Positions 28,942 through 38,359 are shown, counted from the stretch's first letter. The stretch: DNA of 64,000 nt from Minisyncoccia bacterium (GCA_041740795.1 JBGSLH010000016.1:3431-67430), one strand, 5' to 3'. The notes: generated by a model from the sequence alone, not told the origin. Program-made: numbers and translations.

Positions 28942-29041
28942 GTGGGGAGCTGGGTTGGTTTGTAAATTAGATTACAACTTTTTTAAAACTAGTCAAGGCT
29001 AGGAAAGTGGAGATTGGTGAACGAAGGTATCACCTTCATAC

Positions 29042-29070
29042 AAAGAAAAGCCCGCGACTGCGTCGCGGGC
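29042..29070 (-). terminator. Intrinsic terminator for the 29085..29552 ORF
   Basis: GCCCGCGAC/GTCGCGGGC hairpin. On the minus strand it is followed directly by TTTTCTTTG. Confidence 0.7.
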
Positions 29071-29084
29071 TCAATATTTTTTGT

Positions 29085-29552
29085 TCAGGCGTATCCGAGA
29101 CCCATTACAATTGTGTAGGTGTGGAAGGGAGAACAGGGAAGTACTCCTTGACGCACGTGACATCTTTGCAAAAGTGCAAAGTGATAGACGGATCTCTTAA
29201 CCCGAAACGTAAATCTGATCTGGTTTCTGTTGACTACTCTTATTTCAAGACATCGCCAACGTTGGTCGTGTACAGAAAGACGCATCAAATATCTGCACAC
29301 AGACACAAGGTGCTTCCTTCTACTGCCAAGAAATGTCTTGCACAGAACAATGTCATTGGTATTCAAAATATCCAGGACATCAAGAAGATAATTAGGAGGA
29401 TGAGAGGTCGGTCTGAATTCCTTGAAACCATCACGCAAAAATGAAAGTACCTGATGATATCTCATCCAGAACAAAAAGTACTGGAATATGCAGACAAGGA
29501 ATAGAGCGAAGAATATCAAACTGAGCAGTATGAGTATGGATACCTGTATCAT
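29085..29552 (-). CDS. Hypothetical membrane-anchored protein
   Basis: Open from 29630. MIQVSILILLSLIFFALFLV at 29552 gives an N-terminal TM helix. A minus-strand terminator lies immediately downstream. The composition is unusual (R/C/H/W-rich). Confidence 0.35.
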   Translation of the reverse strand: MIQVSILILLSLIFFALFLVCIFQYFLFWMRYHQVLSFLRDGFKEFRPTSHPPNYLLDVLDILNTNDIVLCKTFLGSRRKHLVSVCRYLMRLSVHDQRWRCLEIRVVNRNQIRFTFRVKRSVYHFALLQRCHVRQGVLPCSPFHTYTIVMGLGYA

Positions 29553-29646
29553 GTTGGTTAGTAAAGGTCGATTTGGTTTGAGATAACAATACAATATAAA
29601 TATATAAATGTCAAAGATACAAAAACTCACATGCTATACTTTTGTC

Positions 29647-30183
29647 ATGTCTCCAAACATCTCATACACCCTCAAGCGCTACAAAAAATCAAAATCCCTC
29701 AAGATCAAGATTCGTCCCGACGGGGAAGTGGTAGTCACTGCACCGACCAGATTGCCCAAATCGTATATAGAAACTTTTATCCAGGAACAGTCAGGTTGGA
29801 TTACCGAAAAATTAAACTATCTCGATTCGCTTCCAGAGCCTCACATCAAAACGCAAAAAGGGGATTATAAAAAATACAAAGAAACAGCGAGAGTAATTGT
29901 ACACAAACACATACTGAACCTGAACACACATTACGGATTCGCGTTCAAAAAAGTTGCAATCAGGGATCAAAAAACAAGATGGGGAAGCTGTTCTTCCAAA
30001 AAAAATCTCAGCTTCAATTACAAGATCGCCCTCATCCCAGAGAAGTTTGCACAGTATATAGTCGCGCATGAACTCTGCCACCTGAAGGAAATGAACCATG
30101 GCCCGAGATTCTGGAAATTGGTAGAAGAAACGATTCCTGAATATCAAAAAATTCAAAATGAGTTGCGCAAGTTACGGATATAA
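29647..30183 (+). CDS. YgjP-like (DUF45/M48-type) zinc metallohydrolase
   Basis: HELCHLKEMNHGPRFW (HExxH) and TRWGSCS. TATACT at 29635-29640 lies 6 nt before this ATG. Confidence 0.8.
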   Translation: MSPNISYTLKRYKKSKSLKIKIRPDGEVVVTAPTRLPKSYIETFIQEQSGWITEKLNYLDSLPEPHIKTQKGDYKKYKETARVIVHKHILNLNTHYGFAFKKVAIRDQKTRWGSCSSKKNLSFNYKIALIPEKFAQYIVAHELCHLKEMNHGPRFWKLVEETIPEYQKIQNELRKLRI

Positions 30184-30194
30184 AGAACAGAAGA

Positions 30195-30228
30195 AAAAGA
30201 AATACCGATGTTTCCATCGGTATGTTTT
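30195..30228. terminator. Bidirectional terminator between convergent genes
   Basis: ATACCGATG-TTTC-CATCGGTAT, flanked by an A-run and GTTTT. Confidence 0.7.
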
Positions 30229-30257
30229 ATAATCTTTTCAGCCTTTTGTACAAAATG

Positions 30258-30722
30258 CTATTTCCTCATCATCCTGACATCAACACAGACAAGTTGGTGA
30301 TGGCACCGTGCATTGAGACGGTTGCGTTTTGTCAATCCCACCTTCACCCTTCCGTCTTCAAGAGAAAGAACAGGGACCGTGAGAGATGTCGCAAGCTCGT
30401 CTCCCATCAATTCGAGATGTTCGTCAAAACCCTCGAAAGGGAACATGTCTTCATATGTATCGATGTCCCAGCGAGATGCTTCAGATTGATGAATCGCATA
30501 CCATATCATTTCAAATAGATTTGCAGGGCGTTTAAGTTCACCGAGATTTGTCTTCTCTCGAAGTTCCAGTTCAACTCGTACGGTACGTGACTTTTCTGGA
30601 TACAAGAAAGGATCGACAAGGAGCCGGTGAACAGTCCCGATGATGGGATGGCTCATGAGTTCACAAAGATGCTGACTTGTATAACGGCCAACCATCACAC
30701 AGACAGGGAGTTTCGTTTGCAT
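30258..30722 (-). CDS. Hypothetical protein
   Basis: 154-aa ORF with no TM helix and no motif I recognise. It looks locally GC-richer than its neighbours. Confidence 0.5.
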   Translation of the reverse strand: MQTKLPVCVMVGRYTSQHLCELMSHPIIGTVHRLLVDPFLYPEKSRTVRVELELREKTNLGELKRPANLFEMIWYAIHQSEASRWDIDTYEDMFPFEGFDEHLELMGDELATSLTVPVLSLEDGRVKVGLTKRNRLNARCHHQLVCVDVRMMRK

Positions 30723-30827
30723 ATTTTAGGTATTTAAAGAATTTACTCAAATATAAACATTTTCAAATAAAAATACAACTGTATGACTTTTACTTTCCCA
30801 TACACTTTTTGCTATACTAATTTGACA

Positions 30828-31316
30828 ATGACAACCAAGAATAGAAAATCAGCAATTTCAAGATTCTGGCTGATTAAAAGCGAAGGAGAATGCTATTCGA
30901 TCGATCATCTCAAAAAAGATAAGCGTGGTCCCTGGACAGGCGTACGTAGTTATCAAGCACGTAACTATATGCGAGATGAGATGTCAGTAGGAGATCTCGC
31001 ACTTTTTTATCACTCCAACAGCAAGCCATCGGGTGTGTATGGGATTGCAAAAGTCTCAAGCAAGCCACATACAGACGAGAGTCAGTTTGATACCAAGGAC
31101 GAACACTTTGATTCAAAATCAAAACGAGAAAATCCTCAATGGGTATGCGTTGATTTTTCTTTTGTGGAAAAGTTCATACGACCAATCTCACTCGACGAAC
31201 TCAAGCGAGATCCCAAACTGGAAGGCATGTATGTCAGGAGAAAAGGAGACAGGCTTTCTATCCAACCTGTATCACAGGAACATTTTGAATACATTGTAAA
31301 ACTGGGGAGGGAATAA
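30828..31316 (+). CDS. EVE (PUA-like) domain protein
   Basis: FWLIKSEGECYSIDHL...WTGVRSYQARNYMRDEMSVGDLALFYHSN, typical of the EVE/THYN1 family. The ORF is open from 30783, but MTTKNRK at 30828 fits. Confidence 0.8.
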   Translation: MTTKNRKSAISRFWLIKSEGECYSIDHLKKDKRGPWTGVRSYQARNYMRDEMSVGDLALFYHSNSKPSGVYGIAKVSSKPHTDESQFDTKDEHFDSKSKRENPQWVCVDFSFVEKFIRPISLDELKRDPKLEGMYVRRKGDRLSIQPVSQEHFEYIVKLGRE

Positions 31317-31342
31317 ACCTAAATATAGTATATAATCTCAGT

Positions 31343-32470
31343 ATGAAAATCGTATTTACAGGAGGGGGCACGGGCGGACATTTTTATCCTATTATTTCTG
31401 TGGCCCAGGAATTGCGCAAGATCGTACGAGAAGAACACCTTATCGAACCTTCGATGTATTTTTTGGCACCTGATCCATACAATCGAGGAGTTCTTTTTGA
31501 TAACAACATCACGTTCAAACGCGTGCTGTCAGGTAAGCAGCGCATCTATCCGTCTATATGGAATGTTATCGACAAGTTCAAACTTTCATTTGGAATTATT
31601 GAAGGTATATGGAAACTTTTTTGGATTTATCCTGACGTCGTATTTAGCAAAGGAGGATATGGAAGTGTTCCTGTTGTCTTTGCTGCTAAATTGTTGCGGA
31701 TTCCTATTATTGTACACGAGTCCGACAGTGCTCCTGGGCGAGCGACAGTTTGGGCAAGCAAATCAGCCGAAAAAATCGCAGTGTCGTATCCTGATGCTGC
31801 ACATTATTTTGATGAAAAAAAAGTAGCCTGGACAGGGAATCCTGTACGTGAAGAGATTAAGACTCCTGTACTCGACGGTGCGCACGCGTATCTCAAATTC
31901 GACAAGGAGATAAAAACTCTTTTAATTATGGGTGGATCGAGTGGGGCACAAATCATCAACAACATTATCATCGACACACTCCCAACTCTTGTCGAAAATT
32001 ATCAGATTATTCACCAGACAGGGAAGAATAATTACAAGGAAGTGAAAGACACTACAACACTCCTTTTACAATCGAATCCATATGTCGACCGATATGTGTG
32101 CTTTCCGTATCTCAGTGACCTCGCAATGAAAATGTCAGCCGGTGCCGCTGATCTTGTGATCTCACGAGCAGGTTCTACTATTTTTGAAATTGCATCATGG
32201 CGCAAACCAAGCATCCTGATTCCAATCACCGAAACAAACAACGACCATCAACGTAAGAACGCATACCATTATGCTCGCAGCGGCGCATGCATCGTCATCG
32301 AAGAAAACAATCTCACTCCAGAAATCTTTGTTGCGGAAATAAACCGACTTTTTGCAAAACCAGAACTCATGGGGGAAATGAGAGAAGGGGCAAAGCAATT
32401 CGCGAAGCCTGACGCGGGACGTTTGATTGCACGGCAAATTATTGATACATTAGTATCACATGAAAACTAA
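31343..32470 (+). CDS. murG: UDP-N-acetylglucosamine--LPS/lipid I transferase MurG
   Basis: FTGGGTGGHFYP, HESDSAPG, SRAGSTIFE. Confidence 0.92.
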   Translation: MKIVFTGGGTGGHFYPIISVAQELRKIVREEHLIEPSMYFLAPDPYNRGVLFDNNITFKRVLSGKQRIYPSIWNVIDKFKLSFGIIEGIWKLFWIYPDVVFSKGGYGSVPVVFAAKLLRIPIIVHESDSAPGRATVWASKSAEKIAVSYPDAAHYFDEKKVAWTGNPVREEIKTPVLDGAHAYLKFDKEIKTLLIMGGSSGAQIINNIIIDTLPTLVENYQIIHQTGKNNYKEVKDTTTLLLQSNPYVDRYVCFPYLSDLAMKMSAGAADLVISRAGSTIFEIASWRKPSILIPITETNNDHQRKNAYHYARSGACIVIEENNLTPEIFVAEINRLFAKPELMGEMREGAKQFAKPDAGRLIARQIIDTLVSHEN

Positions 32471-33782
32471 TACAGATGTGCGGGTACGAATAGCTCCGTC
32501 ACCAACAGGGAATCTCCACATAGGGACAGCGAGAGCTGGTCTTTTCAATTATCTTTTTGCCAAAAAACATGGAGGAACTTTTATTATTCGGGTAGAGGAT
32601 ACCGACAAAGCACGAAGTACAAAAGAGTTCGAGCAGAACATGATTGATTCTTTTACTTGGCTTGGACTGACGTGGGACGAATTCTACCGGCAGTCGGAAC
32701 GAACAGAGGTCTATAAAGCTTATCTTCAAAAGATGATAGCCGATGGATTTGCCTACGAGTCTCAGGAGGAAGTAAAGGAGGAAGGACAAAGAGCATCCGT
32801 CATCAGATTCAAGAACCCCAACAAGGTCGTAACATTCACCGACATGATCCGTGGAGATATTTCTTTTGACACGACTGAACTCGGAGATTTTGTGATTGCA
32901 AAATCTCTTGAAGAACCGCTCTATCATCTTGCAGTAGTGGTGGATGATCACGAGATGAGGATTTCTCACATCATCCGCGGAGAAGACCATATTTCAAATA
33001 CGCCGAGACAGATTCTCATTCAGGAAGCGATTGGAGCAGCACTTCCATTGTATGCGCACATTCCGCTTATTCTTTCTAAGGATCGAAAAAAACTTTCAAA
33101 ACGAGATGGGGCGACAGCTCTTACCGACTATCGAGACAAGGGCTATATCGTAGGTGCCTTTACGAACTTTCTCGCATTCCTCGGATGGCATCCCGAAGGC
33201 GATAATGAAATTTATTCTATCGAAGAGCTTGCAAATTTGTTCGACATCTCACGTGTACAAAAAGGTGGAGCTATTTTTGATACAGACAAGCTGGATTGGT
33301 TTAACAAGGAATACATCAAATTGATTTCGGAAGAAGAATTTGCACAGATAGTTGAAGAACAAAGCGGTATTTTAATCACAGACAAAACTTTTCTCACACT
33401 AATCAGAGAGAGGATTACAGTATTCGGTGACATCGCAACACTTTTGACCAAAGACGGAGAGTTCGGCCCATTTCTGTTTGATGTGGAATATTCAGACATT
33501 TCAAAAATAATTTGGAAAGACAGCACATCAGCACAAACAAAAGAGTACATTATTCATGTAATTTCTCTTCTTGAATCTTTTGACGATTCACAGTTCACTG
33601 CTGAAAATCTCAAAAACGCGCTGTGGGACTATGCAACAGAGAAGGGGAGAGGGAGTGTACTTTGGCCTATTCGATACATACTTTCTGGACAAGACCGATC
33701 TCCTGACCCTTTTACCCTTATGGAAATTCTCAGAAAAGAAAAAAGTTTGGTAAGATTACAGGATGCTATCGAAAAAATTTAA
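32460..33782 (+). CDS. gltX: Glutamyl-tRNA synthetase (short)
   Basis: RIAPSPTGNLHIGTARA, HLAVVVDDHEM, KLSKRDG. 440 aa. Confidence 0.92.
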   Translation: MKTNTDVRVRIAPSPTGNLHIGTARAGLFNYLFAKKHGGTFIIRVEDTDKARSTKEFEQNMIDSFTWLGLTWDEFYRQSERTEVYKAYLQKMIADGFAYESQEEVKEEGQRASVIRFKNPNKVVTFTDMIRGDISFDTTELGDFVIAKSLEEPLYHLAVVVDDHEMRISHIIRGEDHISNTPRQILIQEAIGAALPLYAHIPLILSKDRKKLSKRDGATALTDYRDKGYIVGAFTNFLAFLGWHPEGDNEIYSIEELANLFDISRVQKGGAIFDTDKLDWFNKEYIKLISEEEFAQIVEEQSGILITDKTFLTLIRERITVFGDIATLLTKDGEFGPFLFDVEYSDISKIIWKDSTSAQTKEYIIHVISLLESFDDSQFTAENLKNALWDYATEKGRGSVLWPIRYILSGQDRSPDPFTLMEILRKEKSLVRLQDAIEKI

Positions 33783-35079
33783 TACAGCACTTTTTTGTCT
33801 TGTCATTGCGAGTGTGGGGTACAGTGCTTTTCCTATTTTCCCTACTAGAGCAGAAACAGTGAACGAGCTCAACGAGCAGATCGAGGACTATGCCGAAAAA
33901 ATTAAACAGATCGATCGTGAGATCGAAGAGCAACGTAAGTTAATCCAAACTACAGCAGGGAAGGCAGGAGAAATTCAAACACAGATCAACTCACTCAATG
34001 CCACGCGAAACAAACTCACTAAAGACATCACACGAACACAAGATGTAATCAAAAAGAGCGAGCTCACTATCGAAAAACTCGGTATTGAAATAACCGACAA
34101 AGAATCTCAATTAGAGAATATTCAAAAGGGTCTTTCATCCTCCATGCGTGATCTAGATAAAAAATCAGATGCAAACATTCTTGAACTGGTCTTCGATTCT
34201 GAATCAATTTCCGAATTCCTCGCACAAGTTGTTGAGATACAGAAATTCAAAGAAATTCTAATTGACCGCAAGTATTCACTCCTTAATATCAATCGAGAAC
34301 TCAGCGACAAAAAATCTTCCGAAGAAAAGACCAAGGAAGAACTCGAGAAAGAGCGCTTGATTCTCGCAGGACAGCACGACAGTGTTCTCCTCACCCAAAA
34401 AGAAAAGAACGGACTACTCGCTATTACCAAAAGCGAACAAAAAACCTACGAACAGATCCTTGCCCAAAAAGAAGCGCAACATGCACAGTTCGAAGCGCTT
34501 GTGCGAGATATCGAATCTAAAATCAAGATTCTTATCGACCCCACATCTTACCCAACAGCTGCAAAAAGTATTCTTTCGTGGCCGCTTGATTCGATTATCA
34601 TAACGCAGCAATTTGGAGGAAGTGATTTTGCAAAGAGTAATCCAGGGATATATGGACGCGCATACCACCCGGGTACGGACTTCGGTGTCCCGGTTGGAAG
34701 CAAAGTCAAATCAGTACAGTCAGGAAAGGTTCGAGACTTCGGGAATACTGATGCATATCCAGGATGTTATGCGTGGGGTAAGTGGCTTCTTATTGACCAT
34801 GATAATGGTCTTACAAGCCTCTATGCCCATCTCTCAAGCATACTCGTAGAAAGAGGCCAGAGTGTCAGTGTAGGCGAGGTTGTGGCCCTCTCCGGGAATA
34901 CAGGAGTAAGTACGGGGCCACACCTCCATCTCACCATATATGCTTCACAGGGAGTAAAAGTAGGGCAGTACGGGACATACAAGCCTGGAGGGTCGGGGTG
35001 CGCCGCTACGGCTGCAACAGGACCGTTTGCTGACTTAGATGCTTACCTTGATCCGATGAGTTATTTGCCGAGTTTGTAG
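33763..35079 (+). CDS. Coiled-coil M23 peptidase (EnvC-like murein hydrolase/activator)
   Basis: N-terminal anchor, a long coiled coil, and the M23 motifs HPGTDFGVPVGSKV and GPHLHL. Confidence 0.85.
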   Translation: MLSKKFNTALFCLVIASVGYSAFPIFPTRAETVNELNEQIEDYAEKIKQIDREIEEQRKLIQTTAGKAGEIQTQINSLNATRNKLTKDITRTQDVIKKSELTIEKLGIEITDKESQLENIQKGLSSSMRDLDKKSDANILELVFDSESISEFLAQVVEIQKFKEILIDRKYSLLNINRELSDKKSSEEKTKEELEKERLILAGQHDSVLLTQKEKNGLLAITKSEQKTYEQILAQKEAQHAQFEALVRDIESKIKILIDPTSYPTAAKSILSWPLDSIIITQQFGGSDFAKSNPGIYGRAYHPGTDFGVPVGSKVKSVQSGKVRDFGNTDAYPGCYAWGKWLLIDHDNGLTSLYAHLSSILVERGQSVSVGEVVALSGNTGVSTGPHLHLTIYASQGVKVGQYGTYKPGGSGCAATAATGPFADLDAYLDPMSYLPSL

Positions 35080-35115
35080 TGGAATTTTAATATTAGTACG
35101 TGCTATAATTTCTCC

Positions 35116-35310
35116 ATGAAAAAAGAATCTGGTTTTATACATATTATCGTACTCATTATTATTTTTGTCGTAGTCACGCTTTATTTTGGAAAAAACCCAG
35201 TGGCAATCTGGGAACAAGTGAGACCAGTGTTTGAAAATTTCCTCAAACTTTTTGTTAATGCGATAGGTTGGCTCATCAAGTTCGTCACCCAAGTGTGGCA
35301 GACTTCCTAA
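35116..35310 (+). CDS. Small hypothetical membrane protein
   Basis: 64-aa ORF with a TM helix FIHIIVLIIIFVVVTLYF. Confidence 0.4.
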   Translation: MKKESGFIHIIVLIIIFVVVTLYFGKNPVAIWEQVRPVFENFLKLFVNAIGWLIKFVTQVWQTS

Positions 35311-36011
35311 CTTAACGTTTCTGGTTCGGACGATTCAACAGAAGGTTTTACAGCATTCTTTTTACTTACGTGTCGGAGCATAAAAGCAAATATAGCGAGA
35401 CTTCCGATAGTCACACCAACAGCAGTGATAATACCCAAAGTAATCATCCAAGCAGGGATTTCTTCGATAAAGAAAAGTCCAAGTGAACTGATTGTCAAGA
35501 TTGGCACAACGCTCACAGCCATGTGCACGATGATAAAAAAAGTGAAGTTGATGGATGTCAGTCCTGCTGCATAACTTGCAATCTCAGGCATGCTCAAGGC
35601 AGCAAGTCGCATACTTATAAATCCTTTTGGTGTTGCCATGAGTACAAGTGTATTCTCTATGTACTCCATGTTTTTTTTACCTGCAAAATACGAAACGATT
35701 GGTCGACCAAAAAATCTACTTATGTAGAAAGTAATAATGGCACCAATAAGGTCTCCGATGAAGGAGTAAAGTATACCGTGCCAGAATCCAAAGAGCGGTA
35801 CGGAGAAGACGTACAGAGCCGTTCCAGACAGCGGAGCGAACACGACAGTAGATGTCTTGGCCAAGATATAGAGAATTGGAGCCCATATTCCTGCACTTGC
35901 AATATAATCCTTGAATGCATTGAGATCAAGAAAAAAACTTCCGATCGAAAGAATTCCAACCAGTGTAATTATTGCAATAGAGACCCAGTGGTCCTTGAGA
36001 TATTTGGTCAT
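35307..36011 (-). CDS. TVP38/TMEM64 (DedA-related VTT domain) membrane protein
   Basis: 234-aa polytopic ORF. PLSGTALYVFSVPLFGFWHGILYSFIGDLIGAIITFYISRFFGR. Confidence 0.75.
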   Translation of the reverse strand: MTKYLKDHWVSIAIITLVGILSIGSFFLDLNAFKDYIASAGIWAPILYILAKTSTVVFAPLSGTALYVFSVPLFGFWHGILYSFIGDLIGAIITFYISRFFGRPIVSYFAGKKNMEYIENTLVLMATPKGFISMRLAALSMPEIASYAAGLTSINFTFFIIVHMAVSVVPILTISSLGLFFIEEIPAWMITLGIITAVGVTIGSLAIFAFMLRHVSKKNAVKPSVESSEPETLS

Positions 36012-36048
36012 TACTGAAAATCATACCATATGATATAGTGGGCTCATA

Positions 36049-37371
36049 ATGAAAGAGATTACGCACTATACTGCCATCGTCATCGGTGGAGGAGCATCTG
36101 GCATGATGACTGCAGGACAAATTGTCGCACACAATCCGGATGCGACTGTTTTGATTATTGAAAAGAACAAGCGTCTTGGGGAAAAACTTTCAATTACAGG
36201 AGGAGGAAGATGCAATATTACGAACGCCACTTTTGATGACAAGATTCTACTCAAGAATTACGGAGTTGCGGAAAAATTTCTATACTCTGCTTTTGACCAG
36301 TTCGGGATACAAGATACAATTAATTTTTTTGAAAAAAGAAACCTTCCCATTGTCATACAAGCCAACAATCGAGCTTTTCCAAAAAGTGAGAAAGCAATTG
36401 ACGTAACGAACGTCATGCAAAAATTCTGTACACACCCTGATATTAAGATCCTGACAAATACTGTTGTTACAAAAATCAATACGGGGTGTCATCCCGCACT
36501 TGATGCGGGATCTCAGGATAAAACAACGAGATCCCGGAATGAATCCGGGATGACATTAATCACTAATATAGAAATACAAAAAGGGGAGAGGTACACTGCC
36601 GATTCTTATATATTGGCTACAGGAGGACTCTCCCATCCCGAAACCGGTTCAACTGGAGACGGCTTCAAGTGGCTGACGGATCTTGGGCACAACGTCAAAC
36701 AACCGACTCCGACACTTGTACCTTGGATCGTTTCTGATTCGTGGATTCATGCACATGCTGGTACGGCGCTCGATGATGCAAAAATCATTGTATCTGTTGA
36801 TGGTAAAAAATATATTTCATGTACAGGACGGATACTTTGTACCCACACTGGACTGTCTGGTCCACTCATTTTGAATAATTCATCTAAGCTTCAGGATGCA
36901 CTCCTGAGCGGAGTCGTAACTGGAACACTAGATCTCTACCCACAACTTAATCACAAAGAAATTGATCAGGTTATTTTGAATATTTTTGAAAAAAACAAGA
37001 ATAAGAAGTTCAGGAACGTCATTGATGAGATTACACGATTACACTCAGGATTTTTAATATTGCAAAAACACCTACCACTTGATTTTGACATTCCCGTACA
37101 CTCAGTATCAAAAGAATACCGCAAGTCACTCACACAGCTTCTCAAAAGCATTCCACTTTTTATCAGAGGGCTTGAGGGTTATGAGAAGTCCGTAGTAGCT
37201 GACGGAGGGATCAGTCTCACCGAAGTTGATACCAAGACTATGCGATCCAAGAAGATTTCAAATCTTTTTATAACAGGTGACCTTCTCGATATCAGACGCC
37301 CGTCAGGAGGATATTCCTTGCAGCTCTGTTGGACTACAGGGTTCGTGGCAGGCACACACTGCCTTTCATAA
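36049..37371 (+). CDS. HI0933/YhiN-family FAD-dependent oxidoreductase with an in-frame repeat insertion
   Basis: IVIGGGASGMM dinucleotide fold, ITGGGRCN, ILATGGLSHPETGSTGDGF, and a C-terminal GGYSLQLCWTTG. Confidence 0.85.
   Translation: MKEITHYTAIVIGGGASGMMTAGQIVAHNPDATVLIIEKNKRLGEKLSITGGGRCNITNATFDDKILLKNYGVAEKFLYSAFDQFGIQDTINFFEKRNLPIVIQANNRAFPKSEKAIDVTNVMQKFCTHPDIKILTNTVVTKINTGCHPALDAGSQDKTTRSRNESGMTLITNIEIQKGERYTADSYILATGGLSHPETGSTGDGFKWLTDLGHNVKQPTPTLVPWIVSDSWIHAHAGTALDDAKIIVSVDGKKYISCTGRILCTHTGLSGPLILNNSSKLQDALLSGVVTGTLDLYPQLNHKEIDQVILNIFEKNKNKKFRNVIDEITRLHSGFLILQKHLPLDFDIPVHSVSKEYRKSLTQLLKSIPLFIRGLEGYEKSVVADGGISLTEVDTKTMRSKKISNLFITGDLLDIRRPSGGYSLQLCWTTGFVAGTHCLS
36488..36554. repeat. 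Full double-hairpin copy of the GTCATCCCGCA palindromic element, inside a coding sequence
   Basis: GTCATCCCGCActtgaTGCGGGATCTC ... GAGATCCCGGAatgaaTCCGGGATGAC. It is translated in frame as CHPALDAGSQDKTTRSRNESGMT. Confidence 0.85.
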
Positions 37372-37383
37372 TTTAAAAAGAAA

Positions 37384-37410
37384 AAGGACGGCGCATTGCA
37401 TGCACCGTCC
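37384..37410 (-). terminator. Intrinsic terminator (minus-strand sense)
   Basis: AGGACGG...CCGTCCT hairpin. The T-run (TTTTTCTTTTT) is present only on the minus strand. Confidence 0.6.
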
Positions 37411-37474
37411 TCAAAAATTAAGTTAGTCTTCATCAACTCACTTAAGTGGTTCAAAAAACGTACCATCCTCATTA

Positions 37475-37630
37475 TCAATATTCATCAATAGGATCCTCTA
37501 TTACATCGCCCCTCTCGAGTTTACAATAAAGAGCCTTGCAACCTAAATAGATCAAAAGAATGATAAAGACTATCGGGATGAGCAATATAGTACAGGCGGG
37601 AGCTTCAGCAAAAAAAGGTATTGTTTTCAT
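37475..37630 (-). CDS. Small hypothetical membrane protein (51 aa, below the ORF-track cutoff)
   Basis: My own translation is MKTIPFFAEAPACTILLIPIVFIILLIYLGCKALYCKLERGDVIEDPIDEY. It has one TM helix, and a minus-strand terminator lies about 65 nt downstream. Confidence 0.35.
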   Translation of the reverse strand: MKTIPFFAEAPACTILLIPIVFIILLIYLGCKALYCKLERGDVIEDPIDEY

Positions 37631-38099
37631 TATTTTCGAATATGTAGTAAAGGTTCATGACTACTGCTACTATATCTAATTTTTTAAAATAGGGAAGAGA
37701 GTCCCCTATTTCAGGGGAGAAAAATGAGAGGCTCAAAACTGCCCGAATTTAAATTTAAAAATAAAAAAGGAGATAAGGCTCGAGTCAGATTCCAAGAGAT
37801 CCCGATAGAGGAGAGTATAAGATAAATTAATAGGTGCATTTTAAAACCGATCGAGATTCGAGTTTGATGAATTGATTTAAAAGCCTGATTTAGATATAAA
37901 GTGTCGCAAATAAACATTGTGCGACACACTGTGTATCCTATACACTAGATAGGCACAAGCCTTAAATTCTTGTTTTATTAGTATGTACTTAGAAATAATA
38001 TAAAGATATTTTTATTTGAATAATCTCTTTAAGATGTTTGAGGGATACTTGAATCCATATAAAAAGTTAATTACCTCATAAAGGAAGCTGGAGGTTAAG

Positions 38100-38309
38100 C
38101 TAGGATTTTCTTTTTTCCTTTATCAAAAACTTCACATGTTCTTTGACCATTGGATGCAATTCTTGCCTAAATGTAACAAGCAGAGCCTCCTTCCAATTAG
38201 TCATGCCACTTTCGTACGCATCTTTAATATTTATGTAAATATTCTCCGCTTCTTTCTGCATTGTAATAGTCTCCTGTGTTCCCTGTCTCATATCAATATA
38301 TCTTACCAT
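38100..38309 (-). CDS. Hypothetical protein
   Basis: 69-aa ORF downstream of the 38360..38920 ORF. No motif. Confidence 0.35.
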   Translation of the reverse strand: MVRYIDMRQGTQETITMQKEAENIYINIKDAYESGMTNWKEALLVTFRQELHPMVKEHVKFLIKEKRKS

Positions 38310-38359
38310 TAAAATTAAAAAGTGCCCTTGAAGTTATCGCGGGCACCATTGGGATTGAG

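Noticed and set aside
29007-29444. 145-aa plus-strand ORF opposite the 29085..29552 ORF.
   Set aside because: It would start inside or before a hairpin whose T-run fits minus-strand termination, it has no promoter-like sequence, and its composition is odd. The call remains low-confidence either way.
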